Origin: Candidatus Brocadia sp.
GTDB taxonomy: Bacteria > Planctomycetota > Brocadiia > Brocadiales > Brocadiaceae
Reading direction: 5' to 3'
NCBI GenBank assembly: GCA_021650915.1
Contig: CP091279.1
Span: 2,400,001-2,432,000 of the forward strand
Length of the DNA stretch: 32,000 nucleotides
Part shown: piece after piece, positions 1 through 9,674 of the stretch
Layout: the number at the start of each line of letters is the position of its first letter
Position numbering within the stretch: the first letter of the stretch is position 1
Translations under genes and position numbers: made by a program
The notes under the pieces: generated by a model
Seen by the model: only the letters and a program-made list of their open reading frames with translations
Told to the model about the DNA's origin: nothing
The model's database searches: none

Positions 1-978
1 GAACAGAGTTACGGTTTTCGGCCAGGACGAGGATGTAAAGATGCGCTGAGGCGAGTGGAAGAACTCTTGAAGAATGGATACCCATGGGTAGTAGATGCAG
101 ACATCAAGAGTTATTAATCGTCTCATAATAGAACACACATTAAGCTGTCCGTTTAGCGCTTCAATATTGGAGAAGGAAAGCATACGACGAATCAATACAA
201 TTATGAGACCCTTAATACTTTGACAGTATTCCCCATGACAAGGTGATGGAAGAGGTGAAGGAACAGATAGCAGACGGAAGGATACTGGAGATGATAGAAG
301 GGTATCTGAAGCAGGGGACAATGGACGGACTCAAAGAATGGGAAGCAGAGAAGGGGACACCACAGGGGGCGGTAATAAGTCCATTATTGGCGAACCTATA
401 TCTAAGTAAGATAGACCACGAAATGGCAAGGCTGGGGCATGAGATGGTCAGGTATGCAGATGATAGCGTTATTCTGTGCAGAAATGAAGAAGAAGCAAAG
501 AGGGCATTGGAAGAAATGAAAGGAATGCTCGAAGCAAGAGGGCTGACACTGCATCCAGAGAAGACCAAAATAGTAGATGCAACCCAAGAGGGAGGATTTG
601 ACTTTCTGGGGTACCACTTTGAACGAGAGATGAGATGGCCACGCAAAAAAGAGTATGAATAAGTTCAAAGAGACTATCCGCCACAAGACAAGACGAACAT
701 CAGGAGAGAGCATGAAATGTATAACAGGAGAACTCAACCAAAGTCTCAGAGGCTGGTATGAATACTTTAAACACAGCCACAAAACGACATTTCCAAGAAT
801 AGACCGTTGGATACGAATGAGACTGAGGAGCATCCTGAGAAAGCGTCGGGGAGGGAAAGGAAGAGGCCGAGGTGCAGACCATCAGAGATGGCCAAATGCG
901 TACTTTGCTAATCTTGGGTTGTTCACATTAACCGCAGCCCATGCATTAGCCTGTCAACCCCGAAGGGGTAACCACTGA
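1..978 (+). pseudogene. Intron-encoded reverse transcriptase/maturase, disrupted by an insertion and a frameshift; no HNH endonuclease domain
   Basis: 1-113 translates EQSYGFRPGRGCKDALRRVEELLKNGYPWVVDADIKSY and resumes at 218 as FDSIPHDKVMEE. RT active-site motif RYADDSVILC is present. Maturase-like tail SLRGWYEYFKHS...WIRMRLRSILRKR. The frame is broken by a 102-bp insert (114-215) and by a frame change in the A run 645-650 (RWPRKK / SMNKFKETIR). The ORF stops 6 nt before domain V. Confidence 0.85.
114..215. mobile_element. MITE-like 102-bp insertion with TA target-site duplication
   Basis: Deleting 114-215 plus one TA restores AAG AGT TAC TTT GAC (KSYFD) of the conserved RT motif and restores the frame. 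The ends are imperfect inverted repeats: TTAATCGTCTCATAAT (114-129) against the reverse complement of 200-215, TTAAGGGTCTCATAAT (14/16). TA occurs at 112-113 and 216-217. There is no ORF inside. Confidence 0.65.
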
Positions 979-983
979 CTGGA

Positions 984-1052
984 GAGCCGTATGCGGGAGA
1001 CCCGCCTGTACGGTTCGGAGGGAGGAGAGGCGAAAGCCTTTCCTACCCCTAT
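984..1052 (+). ncRNA. Group II intron ribozyme domains V and VI
   Basis: GAGCCGTATGCGGGAGACCCGCCTGTACGGTTC carries the AGC triad, and the arms GAGCCGTAT / GTACGGTTC pair. It is followed by the helix GGAGGAGAGGC-GAAA-GCCTTTCCT(A)CC with a GAAA tetraloop and a bulged A1045 as branch-point candidate. Confidence 0.8.
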
Positions 1053-1078
1053 CGCCGACGTAGCAGGCTGATTATGAT

Positions 1079-1414
1079 ATGAAAACAGCCGAAATTATGT
1101 TCAACAATAAAAGATATTTTTACGCCGTCTTTATGTGCCATCTGTCAATAGAGAAGGCTCTGAAGGGGCTTCATCAGGAGAGATTGAAAGAAATACCCCC
1201 AAAAGTTCATAATCTTATTTACTTGCTCAATAAAATTGGTATTAAACCTTCAGAACCTATTGGAAAATTTCTTGTAAAACTTAACGAAGACAGTATTGTT
1301 ACAAGATACCCAGAGGAACTGGACAAACTACAAAAGGATTTTACACAGTCCGTTGTAAAGGATATACTTTTGAGGAGCAAGGAGGCATTGGAATGGATAA
1401 AAAAGCAGTTTTAG
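1079..1414 (+). CDS. HEPN domain protein (partner of the downstream minimal nucleotidyltransferase)
   Basis: 111 aa, all-helical HEPN-like pattern: YFYAVFMCHLSIEKALKGL, KVHNLIYLL, IVTRYPEE. It overlaps the next gene by 22 nt, as is typical of HEPN/MNT pairs. The N-terminus looks short, and the frame is open upstream only to 1064. Confidence 0.7.
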   Translation: MKTAEIMFNNKRYFYAVFMCHLSIEKALKGLHQERLKEIPPKVHNLIYLLNKIGIKPSEPIGKFLVKLNEDSIVTRYPEELDKLQKDFTQSVVKDILLRSKEALEWIKKQF

Positions 1415-1709
1415 GGATTTTGTCCCATTTTAGAAAAGCCCTGGAATCGAAAGGCACGAAGATAGACAAGCTGATACTGTACGGCTCTTATGCCACCGGT
1501 GCATACAAGGAAGGAAGCGATATTGATGTGATTGTTATCGCCAAAAACTTTTCAGGCAAGGATTATTGGGAGAGAATAGACATCCTCTCTGCTACCATTT
1601 ATGAGGTTTTCGAACCAATAGAAGCTGTTGCTATGACCCCGGAAGAATGGGAAAAAAAGAATCGCCAGTTGCAGATTACGTCAAAGGCGGCGAAGTTATC
1701 TATGGCTAA
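1393..1709 (+). pseudogene. MNT-type minimal nucleotidyltransferase with an apparent 1-nt frameshift in an A7 tract
   Basis: LILYGSYATGAYKEGSDIDVIVI is the GS...DxD nucleotidyltransferase motif. After the A run 1652-1658 the current frame continues without a stop into the transporter ORF. The frame reached by adding one A reads EKKESPVADYVKGGEVIYG-stop (TAA 1707-1709), which is a typical MNT C-terminus. Confidence 0.6.
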
Positions 1710-2628
1710 CGCAGCTATGCCTCAGACTGAAGAAAAACACTCAAAACCACAGATTCCACCGATGATGCAGACTTTCCGGTTCGCTCAAAATTTTGCAACA
1801 ATACTTCTTCGTGGTATCAGCCAGGTATTTTTGCTGAATAATGTAATAACAGGCGTCTTTTTTCTGTCCGGAGTTTTTTATGCCTCCTGGCATATGGGGG
1901 TTGGGACGGTTATCGGGGCGCTGACGGGCACGCTTACTGCACTGATCCTGAAATATTCCAGGAACGAGATCAATCAGGGGCTCTATGGATACAATAGCAC
2001 GCTGGTATGTTTGGCGATTTTCTCTTTCTTCGGATTCACGGCGCCATCCATAATTGCTGCCCTCCTGGGATCCGTTCTTTCTACACTTATTACGAAGGTA
2101 ATGCGGCAGAGATGGAAACTACCCACCTATACGGCGCCGTTCATTCTTTCAACCTGGATCGTAATGTTCTTCATTATTACTTTCAAGATCATTCCGTTGC
2201 AAACGGCACAATTTTCCCATGCAGACGGCCTGGAGATCATTCCCGCGGTAAGCAAAGGCATTGGGCAGGTCATGTTCCTGGAAGGTGTGATTTCCGGCAT
2301 GCTATTGTTTATTGGAATACTGGTGAGTTCGAGGATAGCGGCGTTCTATACGCTGCTGGGGGCTGTCATTGGGGCTGTTCTGGCCTTCCTGTTTTCATTT
2401 CCCCTCAATATGATTAACCTAGGGCTCTTTGGTTTTAATGGAGTTTTGTGTGGAATAGCGCTTTCAAGAGAAATGTGGTGGAAGGTAATTCCGGCAATAG
2501 CCGCTATTGCCGTTTCTGTCTTTATGACCTGTGGAATTATGAATCTCGGCATCATTGCCTTGACCTCGCCGTTTGTGCTATCCACGTGGCTCGTTTTGTG
2601 GATTGGCGGAAAAATTAAGAATAAATGA
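1702..2628 (+). CDS. Urea transporter family membrane protein
   Basis: About 300 aa and strongly hydrophobic with multiple TM segments. The N-terminal region LLRGISQVFLLNNVITGVFFLSG matches the urea-transporter (UT) signature. Candidate starts are ATG 1702 or 1717. The stop overlaps the truD start (ATGA at 2625-2628). Confidence 0.7.
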   Translation: MANAAMPQTEEKHSKPQIPPMMQTFRFAQNFATILLRGISQVFLLNNVITGVFFLSGVFYASWHMGVGTVIGALTGTLTALILKYSRNEINQGLYGYNSTLVCLAIFSFFGFTAPSIIAALLGSVLSTLITKVMRQRWKLPTYTAPFILSTWIVMFFIITFKIIPLQTAQFSHADGLEIIPAVSKGIGQVMFLEGVISGMLLFIGILVSSRIAAFYTLLGAVIGAVLAFLFSFPLNMINLGLFGFNGVLCGIALSREMWWKVIPAIAAIAVSVFMTCGIMNLGIIALTSPFVLSTWLVLWIGGKIKNK

Positions 2629-3911
2629 TTAAAGTAAAGGCCAGGCCGGAAGATTTTATTGTTGAAGAGGTGGCGGATCTCCCGTTTCAAAGAGACGGCA
2701 ATTTCTGCGTCTATCTCCTCAAAAAGAGGGGATGGAATACCGTAGACATTTTGAAGATGCTTTCCCGGAAGCTCAATATCCCCTACGCATCTTTTTCGTA
2801 TGGCGGCAAAAAAGATAAATATGCCCTCACATCGCAATACATAACGATCGCACGGCAAATTCCCTCCACCTCTCAAGGAAAGGACTTCGTCGTGGGCGTT
2901 CAGCCGAACGACAAAGGGGGGATGAAAAGACCATGGATAAAATCACCCAATTCAACGTTAACGCACGCATATTCCGTCCCGTCGAAGATAGACGAGGAAA
3001 ACTACTCCACGAGTCTTGTTGGGTGTATGGACAGACCCATGGGGCCTGACCTCATAACGGGGAACAGATTTCAGATTGCCGTCAGGAATCTTACCGACGA
3101 TGATTTAGCGTCAGCGTTAGGTGAAATTGACCTTGTAAAACAGGATGGTTACCCGAATTATTTCGATGACCAGAGGTTCGGGAGTTTTGATGCCCGGCAG
3201 GGATTTATCGCAGAAAAGATTCTTAAGAAACACTACAGCGGGGCATTAAAGATATACTTTTCCGGCATTCACCCGGAGGACAGTAAAGAAGAAAAGGAAC
3301 ACAGGAAATTCTTTTATGAAAACTGGGGCAACTGGCGCGTGTGTCTTACCAGGGCCACGAGCAAGTTTGAAAGAGAAACGTTCAGATACCTGGAAAAGCA
3401 TCCGAAGGGATTCATTCCCATCCTTCAAAGGATATCGCACGAAAAGATGGTGCTCTTTTTTTCCGCATATCAGTCGCACCTGTGGAACGAGGTTTTGAGG
3501 AAGATTCTTCGCCATTCCGAGCAGGGCGAAGAATCTTGTTTGAAAATTTCTCGGGGAATTGCAGGCGATTACATATTGTATACGCAATTAGACGACAGGA
3601 ACAAGGCGTATTTAAGCGGACTCATCATTCCCATGCCCGCATCCAATATCAGGATGCCCGATGCCTTTACCAAAAATCTTTATGCAGAGGTTTTAAAGGA
3701 AAATAATTTAAAGTCCTCTCTGTTTAATATAAGAAAGATACGACAGGCATTTTTCAAGGGTATTGAAAGAAGGGCAATCGTTACCCCGGAAGACTTGTCG
3801 GTTGATTCTGCTGAGGATGAGATTTACCAGGGCAGGAAAAAGCTGGCACTGAAGTTCTTTCTCCCGCGGGGATGCTACGGCACCATGTTCATCAAGAGGT
3901 TGTTCTGCTGA
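2625..3911 (+). CDS. truD: tRNA pseudouridine synthase D
   Basis: N-terminus MIKVKARPEDFIVEEV, catalytic-Asp motif GGKKDKYA, and the NYFDDQRFG motif. At 428 aa it is somewhat longer than typical TruD. Confidence 0.85.
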   Translation: MIKVKARPEDFIVEEVADLPFQRDGNFCVYLLKKRGWNTVDILKMLSRKLNIPYASFSYGGKKDKYALTSQYITIARQIPSTSQGKDFVVGVQPNDKGGMKRPWIKSPNSTLTHAYSVPSKIDEENYSTSLVGCMDRPMGPDLITGNRFQIAVRNLTDDDLASALGEIDLVKQDGYPNYFDDQRFGSFDARQGFIAEKILKKHYSGALKIYFSGIHPEDSKEEKEHRKFFYENWGNWRVCLTRATSKFERETFRYLEKHPKGFIPILQRISHEKMVLFFSAYQSHLWNEVLRKILRHSEQGEESCLKISRGIAGDYILYTQLDDRNKAYLSGLIIPMPASNIRMPDAFTKNLYAEVLKENNLKSSLFNIRKIRQAFFKGIERRAIVTPEDLSVDSAEDEIYQGRKKLALKFFLPRGCYGTMFIKRLFC

Positions 3912-4526
3912 GGTTTCGTAGCCGGGGGTACCTTATGTGTTCATGTCTTAGGAATCGTGCGGATTTTTTGCCGTTTGCAGGTGGCCACCCGAAAGAAACA
4001 GATAGCGCCAGGTATTCGTATTTTTCGGTAATTTGACATACGCATCCCTTTTTTATCCCCGTAATTTTTATGAAGCAGATTGGGCTTGCCCCACCACCCC
4101 AAACGACTACGCATGAACCTCCCGCACCCTTGCAGCTATCATAATCCGTGCAAGGAAAACCGTCCTCATTTACCACGTGGTTTTTTGCAAATCTTTTCAT
4201 CAAGGCATTTCCGGCATGGCAACAGGAACTCTTATTTTACTGCATCTATTTGCAGTGCGGTAAGGGACGGTTTTGCTTCAATGCTACCGGTATAACAATG
4301 CGGTATTTCGTTGCAGCCGCGCTGCACGGGATACATCAATGCCAGGTATATAATTTGACTTAGGATAAGACTTTTGTTAAAATTTGCCTTCCATAGTGAC
4401 ACAGAGCGACAAATCGCAGAAAGCATCTTGCCATAATTTTCTAAAAATAGAGAAAGATGATTAACCAGTAAATGCTGGAGTGTTTTCATCAACAGCGCGC
4501 TTTTTTCCGGAATAGGGTTTATATCA

Positions 4527-5486
4527 TTGAGTAATTGTATTGTTGGCATTGACCTGGGTGGGACAAATTTAAAAGCAGGTATTGTTGATACAGGTGGAAG
4601 AATCCTCCATCGCCTTTCCATAAAAACCAATTCGAGCGCAGACCCGCAGACCATTTCGAATCAAATACTCGAACTCATCGCAGAAACGATACGGAGCGCT
4701 CAGATAAAAGAATCTGACGTTGCCGGCATCGGGCTGGGATCGCCCGGCCTTGTTGATAAAACGGGTGAAACGATCCTCTTTTCTCCCAACCTGCCCCGCT
4801 GGCGTAATATTCCTATTAAACGCATTGTATCGGAACGGTTTTCAAAACCCTGCGTCCTGGAAAACGATGCCAATGCCGCTGCCTGGGGTGAGAAGTGGGT
4901 GGGGGCGGGGAAGGAGGCGAAATCGCTGGTCATGCTGACTCTGGGAACAGGGGTTGGCGGCGGTATCGTTATTGATAACAAGTTGTGGCGGGGCGCTAAT
5001 AACGTGGCTGCCGAGATCGGGCACATGGTGATCCAGACGGATGGGCCTCCGTGCAAATGCGGTAACCGTGGATGCGTTGAGGTGTATGCATCGGCAACGG
5101 GTATGGTACGGCGCTTTAAAGAATTATTCGACAGCGGCGCGCCATCCTCACTGAAAAATTCTGGTGAAATTACGGCAAGGATGATTAACGATGCTGCCAT
5201 CCAGGGCGACAAGGTGTCGTTGGATGTTATTGAGGAGACCGGTCGGTACCTCGGTATTGCCCTTATCAATATCATGCATGTATTAAATCCGGAGATGATT
5301 GTACTGGCCGGGGGTATGATCGGTTCCGGAGAATTATTAATGAATCCTATCAGGCGTGTTACCACGCAAAGGGCATTTGAGGCATCATATCAGGATACGA
5401 AGATTGTGTTTTCGCAGCTTGGGAACGATGCGGGGATTATAGGAGCGGCTGGATGTCTACTGAAAGCATTAGAAATTTCTGCATAA
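4527..5486 (+). CDS. glk: ROK-family sugar kinase, probable glucokinase
   Basis: TTG start. GIDLGGTN phosphate-binding N-terminus and ROK zinc motif [14 protein letters not shown]. There is no N-terminal HTH, so a kinase rather than a repressor. Confidence 0.8.
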   Translation: MSNCIVGIDLGGTNLKAGIVDTGGRILHRLSIKTNSSADPQTISNQILELIAETIRSAQIKESDVAGIGLGSPGLVDKTGETILFSPNLPRWRNIPIKRIVSERFSKPCVLENDANAAAWGEKWVGAGKEAKSLVMLTLGTGVGGGIVIDNKLWRGANNVAAEIGHMVIQTDGPPCKCGNRGCVEVYASATGMVRRFKELFDSGAPSSLKNSGEITARMINDAAIQGDKVSLDVIEETGRYLGIALINIMHVLNPEMIVLAGGMIGSGELLMNPIRRVTTQRAFEASYQDTKIVFSQLGNDAGIIGAAGCLLKALEISA

Positions 5487-7249
5487 TTGCACACATTGAT
5501 CACGGGAAATCTACCCTGGCAGACCGCTTGCTGGAAAAGACCCATACCATCACCTCGCGGGAGTTTCGCAATCAGATGCTGGACGATATGGACCTGGAGC
5601 GTGAACGCGGTATTACGATCAAGGCCAGCGCAGTTGCATTGAAGCTGGTGCGGGATGGCAAGGAGTATAACCTCAATTTAATCGATACGCCCGGTCATGT
5701 GGACTTCAGTTACGAGGTCTCCCGCAGTCTTGGCGCCTGCGAAGGGGCCCTGTTGCTGGTGGACGCATCGCAGGGTGTTGAGGCGCAGACCGTTGCCAAC
5801 GTCTTTCTTGCCATGGAGCATAATTTGGCGATTATTCCGGTCATCAGCAAGATCGACCTGCCGCAGTCCCGCCCCGATGATGTGCTTACCGAAATGGAAA
5901 AAACGCTGGGCATTGATCCTGCAGAGGCATTAATGGCCAGCGCAAAGACCGGGGAGGGCATAGATGAAATCTTTGGGGCTGTTATCGAACGCGTCCCTCC
6001 GCCCAAAGGAAGCCCGGATGCGCCGTTAAAATCCCTGATCTTCGATTCCGTGTACGATGAGTATCGGGGTGTTGTTGTGTACCTGCGTATCTTTGACGGT
6101 TCGGTGAAAGTGGGCGACGAGATATACATGATGAAGACAAACCGTTCGTTCAAAGTGGAAGAGGTCGGTGTTTTCAAACCCAAGATGGCCGCCAAAGATT
6201 GCCTCTCGGCGGGAGAGGTGGGGTACTGCATTGCCAATATCAAATCCATTCATGACGTCAAGGTGGGGGATACGGTTACCCACTACAGAGAAAGGGCTGC
6301 CGAGGCGTTGCCGGGATATCGCCCGCCCATGCCTATGGTATACTGCGGCGTGTATCCGGCAGATAACGCAGATTTCCACGTACTGCGGGAGGCATTGGAA
6401 CGGCTGAGTCTGAATGATTCGTCGTTCACCTTTGAACCGGAGACTTCACAGGCGCTGGGATTTGGGTTCCGGTGCGGATTCCTTGGCCTTTTGCATATGG
6501 AAATCGTGCAGGAACGGCTGGAGCGCGAGAGCAACATCAATATTGTGCAAACCGCTCCGAATGTGACCTATGAGATATTAAAAACCAACAAGGAGATAGT
6601 TAAGGTCGATAACCCGGAAAAGGTGCCGCCGGTGAATGAAATTGAGGAATTCAGAGAACCCATCGTGCGCGCCAGTTTTGTTCTGCCGACAGAATATGTG
6701 GGGACGATTATGCAATTTGCCGAAGGACGCAGGGGGAGATACAAAAGCACCGAGTATCTCAGTGAACGGCGTGCGATCCTTGTCTATGAGCTGCCGTTAG
6801 CCGAAATTATCTTTGATTTTTTTGATAAACTGAAATCCGCCACGCGGGGCTACGGCACACTGGATTATGATTTCCTGGGATATGAGCCTGCCGATCTGGT
6901 AAAACTGGACATTTTAGTGTCGGGCAAGCGTGTGGATGCCCTTTCTACCATTGTTCACCGGAAAGATGCGGAGATGAAAGGGCGAAGGCTGGTGAAAAAA
7001 CTCAAGAATGAAATTTCACGACACCTCTTTGAAGTGGTTTTACAGGCAGCAATCGGAAGCAGGGTTATTGCGCGGGAATCCATACGCCCAATTGCAAAAA
7101 ATGTGACGGCAAAATGTTATGGAGGAGATATTACCCGGAAACGAAAACTTCTGGAAAAGCAGAAAGAAGGCAAAAAGAGGATGAAGTCTGTCGGGAACGT
7201 GGAGATTCCGCAAAAGGCATTCTTGTCGGTATTATCTGTTGATGAATGA
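5453..7249 (+). CDS. lepA: Elongation factor 4 (LepA)
   Basis: [22 protein letters not shown] (G1) and DTPGHVDF (G3). 598 aa with a LepA-type C-terminal region. It shows the classical lepA-lepB adjacency and overlaps glk by 34 nt. Confidence 0.95.
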   Translation: MSTESIRNFCIIAHIDHGKSTLADRLLEKTHTITSREFRNQMLDDMDLERERGITIKASAVALKLVRDGKEYNLNLIDTPGHVDFSYEVSRSLGACEGALLLVDASQGVEAQTVANVFLAMEHNLAIIPVISKIDLPQSRPDDVLTEMEKTLGIDPAEALMASAKTGEGIDEIFGAVIERVPPPKGSPDAPLKSLIFDSVYDEYRGVVVYLRIFDGSVKVGDEIYMMKTNRSFKVEEVGVFKPKMAAKDCLSAGEVGYCIANIKSIHDVKVGDTVTHYRERAAEALPGYRPPMPMVYCGVYPADNADFHVLREALERLSLNDSSFTFEPETSQALGFGFRCGFLGLLHMEIVQERLERESNINIVQTAPNVTYEILKTNKEIVKVDNPEKVPPVNEIEEFREPIVRASFVLPTEYVGTIMQFAEGRRGRYKSTEYLSERRAILVYELPLAEIIFDFFDKLKSATRGYGTLDYDFLGYEPADLVKLDILVSGKRVDALSTIVHRKDAEMKGRRLVKKLKNEISRHLFEVVLQAAIGSRVIARESIRPIAKNVTAKCYGGDITRKRKLLEKQKEGKKRMKSVGNVEIPQKAFLSVLSVDE

Positions 7250-8763
7250 GGTGCAATGTGACTGATCTAAAAGAGAAACAAGCTATTACGCGCAACAAAG
7301 AGAAGACGAAAAAGAGGAAGGGTAAGTTACGTGAGAATATCGAGTCGATAGCGATTGCCGTCGCCATAGCCTTTGCGATCCGTTATTTTGTGGTAGAGGC
7401 GTTTAAAATACCTACGGGCTCGATGGCGACAACCTTATTGGGTGAACACAAGAACGTACATTGCCCGAATTGCGACTGGTTTTTTTATGCTGACCGCCAA
7501 AGTGACGACGCACTCTGTCCCAATTGTCAGTTCAAGATAAATCTGTCCGATTTCTGCGACGCTTGTGGTAACAGGATCCGGCATAACTGGCCTGCGTGGT
7601 TATGGAGGAAGGGGCATTGTCCCCGATGCCAGACTGCAGTTGCCTGGTCAGACTTGTCGAATCGGTTGATTCATGGTGGGAACAGGATTGTAGTGAACAA
7701 ATTCTGGTATAAATTTAAAGATCCGCAGCGATGGGATGTTATGGTCTTTATTTATCCATTGTACGATCTGACGTGCAAGAATTGCTCTGCGCAATTTCCC
7801 GATACGGAATGGCGGGACGGATTCCGCTGCCACCGGTGCGGGTCGACAAAATTTTCGAAGAAGAAAAAAAATTATATCAAACGGCTTGTTGGTTTGCCTG
7901 GCGAAAAGCTCCAGATCGTCAATGGTGATATTTATATTAATGACAAGATACAAAGGAAGCCGGATTCCGTGCAGAAAACGCTATGGATGCCGGTATACAA
8001 CAGTAATTATTTAGCAAAGAAGACGGATACTCCGGTATGGGTAACCAACGGTAATGCCTGGAAGATTCATGATACCTCGATTACCCTTGACACCCTGTCC
8101 CAGGAAGATTCCGATACATCCCTGGTAACGTTTGGCCGGAGTGTTTCAGATCAAAATGGTTACAATAGCCACTCGGGCCACAATGAAATGGGTGACGTCA
8201 AGATCAGCTTTGATGTTACCCTCCTGAAAGGTTCTCAGTCTCTGACGCTGGTTCTGGAAAAAAATAATGATATCTTTACCGCCCTTATTCCTGCGGACAG
8301 CATTGATGGAAAAACTCGTCTGCTGAAGAACGGGATGAGTGTGCTGGAAAAGGATTTCCGCTTACAAACCAGCCAGCAGCATAAGATCGAGTTTTCAAAT
8401 GCAGACCGTATGGTATGCCTGTCGATAAATGGCAATAAGGTTTTTTCCTTTGATGATGATGATGGGGTGATACCCGACCTGCGTTCCTCTGATACGAGTA
8501 AGATTCGTTTTGGCGGTACCCGCGTCCACGCAACCTTTGGGAATATTAACATATTTCATGATATTTATTATACCAGCCTCTCTGCCGGTTCATGGGGCAC
8601 AACGAAACCGGTACAGTTGGGAGAAAAAGACTATTTTATGCTTGGGGATAATAGCAGAAACAGCAATGACAGCCGGGTATGGAAATTTGTTCCGGAAAAG
8701 AATATTGTCGGCAAGGCATTTTTTGTCTTCTGGCCGCCAAACACCATGAAATTTATCAAATAA
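7246..8763 (+). CDS. lepB: Signal peptidase I with Cys-rich insertions
   Basis: One N-terminal TM segment ([16 protein letters not shown]). SPase I boxes: [10 protein letters not shown] (Ser), [44 protein letters not shown] (Lys), [17 protein letters not shown]. The ATGA overlap with the lepA stop suggests translational coupling. 505 aa with six CxxC motifs in two insertions. Confidence 0.9.
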   Translation: MRCNVTDLKEKQAITRNKEKTKKRKGKLRENIESIAIAVAIAFAIRYFVVEAFKIPTGSMATTLLGEHKNVHCPNCDWFFYADRQSDDALCPNCQFKINLSDFCDACGNRIRHNWPAWLWRKGHCPRCQTAVAWSDLSNRLIHGGNRIVVNKFWYKFKDPQRWDVMVFIYPLYDLTCKNCSAQFPDTEWRDGFRCHRCGSTKFSKKKKNYIKRLVGLPGEKLQIVNGDIYINDKIQRKPDSVQKTLWMPVYNSNYLAKKTDTPVWVTNGNAWKIHDTSITLDTLSQEDSDTSLVTFGRSVSDQNGYNSHSGHNEMGDVKISFDVTLLKGSQSLTLVLEKNNDIFTALIPADSIDGKTRLLKNGMSVLEKDFRLQTSQQHKIEFSNADRMVCLSINGNKVFSFDDDDGVIPDLRSSDTSKIRFGGTRVHATFGNINIFHDIYYTSLSAGSWGTTKPVQLGEKDYFMLGDNSRNSNDSRVWKFVPEKNIVGKAFFVFWPPNTMKFIK

Positions 8764-8768
8764 GGTTT

Positions 8769-9590
8769 ATGAATTTACTGAGAGCAGAGGGATTAACCAA
8801 GTCATACGGCAAACGCACCGTTGTGAATCACGTCAGTTTTGAGGTGAATGACGGAGAGATCGTGGGGATCCTCGGCCAAAATGGGGCAGGGAAAAGCACG
8901 TCCTTTAATATGATCATTGGGGTTGTTCGTCCTGACAGCGGTTGTGTGATCTTCCAGAATGAGGATATTACGAACTTTCCCATTTACCAGCGCGCACGGA
9001 AGGGGATGGGGTACTTGTGCCAGGAGCCATCCGTCTTTCAGCGGCTGACGGTCGAGGAAAACATCCTCGCCATCCTGGAGACGCACCGGTACGCTGCCGA
9101 TGAGAAATACGCACAACTGAGCAAGTTGCTGAACGAATTTAATCTGGCGTCATTGGCAAAAAACAAGGCTTTTACCCTGTCGGGCGGAGAAAGACGGCGA
9201 CTCGAAATCGCGCGGGCGCTTGCCAGTTCTCCCACCATGATCCTCCTCGACGAACCCTTTACCGGCGTCGACCCCATTGCAGTGAGTGAGGTGCAGGATA
9301 TCCTCCTGAAACTGAAGAACAAGGGGATCGGCCTTCTCATTACCGACCATAATGTCCGTGAGGCGCTGAGTATTACGAATCACTCCTACATCATTAGTGA
9401 AGGCACGGTCGTTGCCAAAGGCACTACCCAGGAAATTCTGAGCAATCCTATTGCACGCCAATCCTATCTGGGGGATAATTTTCCTACCAGCGAACACCGG
9501 TTAGCCGATTTCAAAGATATCCATAGCAAAAAGCCGAAAGACGCCGACCGAAAGCCTATCGTTCGCAAAGACACTGATATCCGGCAGTAG
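8769..9590 (+). CDS. lptB: LPS export ABC transporter ATP-binding protein LptB
   Basis: Start taken at ATG 8769, because the ORF-track start 8679 lies inside lepB. Walker A GQNGAGKST, signature LSGGERRRLEIARAL, Walker B ILLDEPFTGVDP, H-loop ITDHNVRE. The LptB-type end YLGDNF is followed by a charged tail of about 35 aa. Confidence 0.85.
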   Translation: MNLLRAEGLTKSYGKRTVVNHVSFEVNDGEIVGILGQNGAGKSTSFNMIIGVVRPDSGCVIFQNEDITNFPIYQRARKGMGYLCQEPSVFQRLTVEENILAILETHRYAADEKYAQLSKLLNEFNLASLAKNKAFTLSGGERRRLEIARALASSPTMILLDEPFTGVDPIAVSEVQDILLKLKNKGIGLLITDHNVREALSITNHSYIISEGTVVAKGTTQEILSNPIARQSYLGDNFPTSEHRLADFKDIHSKKPKDADRKPIVRKDTDIRQ

Positions 9591-9674
9591 TTGCCGTTCT
9601 TCATCATTAAGAACGAGGGGCTCCCCGAAAAATGAAAAGTAAGGTTCAGCATTTCTGCCATTTCCGTTTATCGT

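Larger units (their letters stand above)
1..1052 (+). mobile_element. Group II intron, 3' part (5' end lies left of the window); decayed copy
   Basis: RT/maturase reading frames cover 1-978. Canonical ribozyme domain V follows at 984-1016 and domain VI at about 1020-1048. An unpaired A (1045) sits 7 nt before the proposed 3' end ...CCCCTAT (1052). Confidence 0.85.

Noticed and set aside
1393-2628. ORF-track 411-aa protein taken as one native gene
   Set aside because: The first ~85 residues are a complete MNT nucleotidyltransferase domain and residues from about 104 on form a complete urea-transporter-like membrane protein. An alternative frame after the A7 tract gives a normal MNT C-terminus and stop. 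I therefore annotated two genes plus a frameshift.
3844-3858. Sigma54-like TGGCAC-N5-TTCT inside the truD 3' end; a TGGTGA..TTGCA near 22131 on the minus strand; a TGGCAA..ATTCC near 29720
   Set aside because: In each case the -12 element is wrong (no GC at the required GG-N10-GC spacing) or the spacing is off by one. None is positioned before a gene start in the right orientation.
3892-4203. 103-aa Cys/Gly-rich minus-strand ORF as a possible small secreted or modified peptide
   Set aside because: No RBS, no signal peptide, and it overlaps the truD 3' end. There are no neighbouring maturation genes. It is kept only as a note inside the spacer finding.
8679-8768. Upstream start of the lptB ORF ([12 protein letters not shown]...)
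   Set aside because: This stretch lies inside the lepB coding region. The conserved LptB N-terminus (MNLLRAEGLTKSYG) begins at ATG 8769, 6 nt after the lepB stop.
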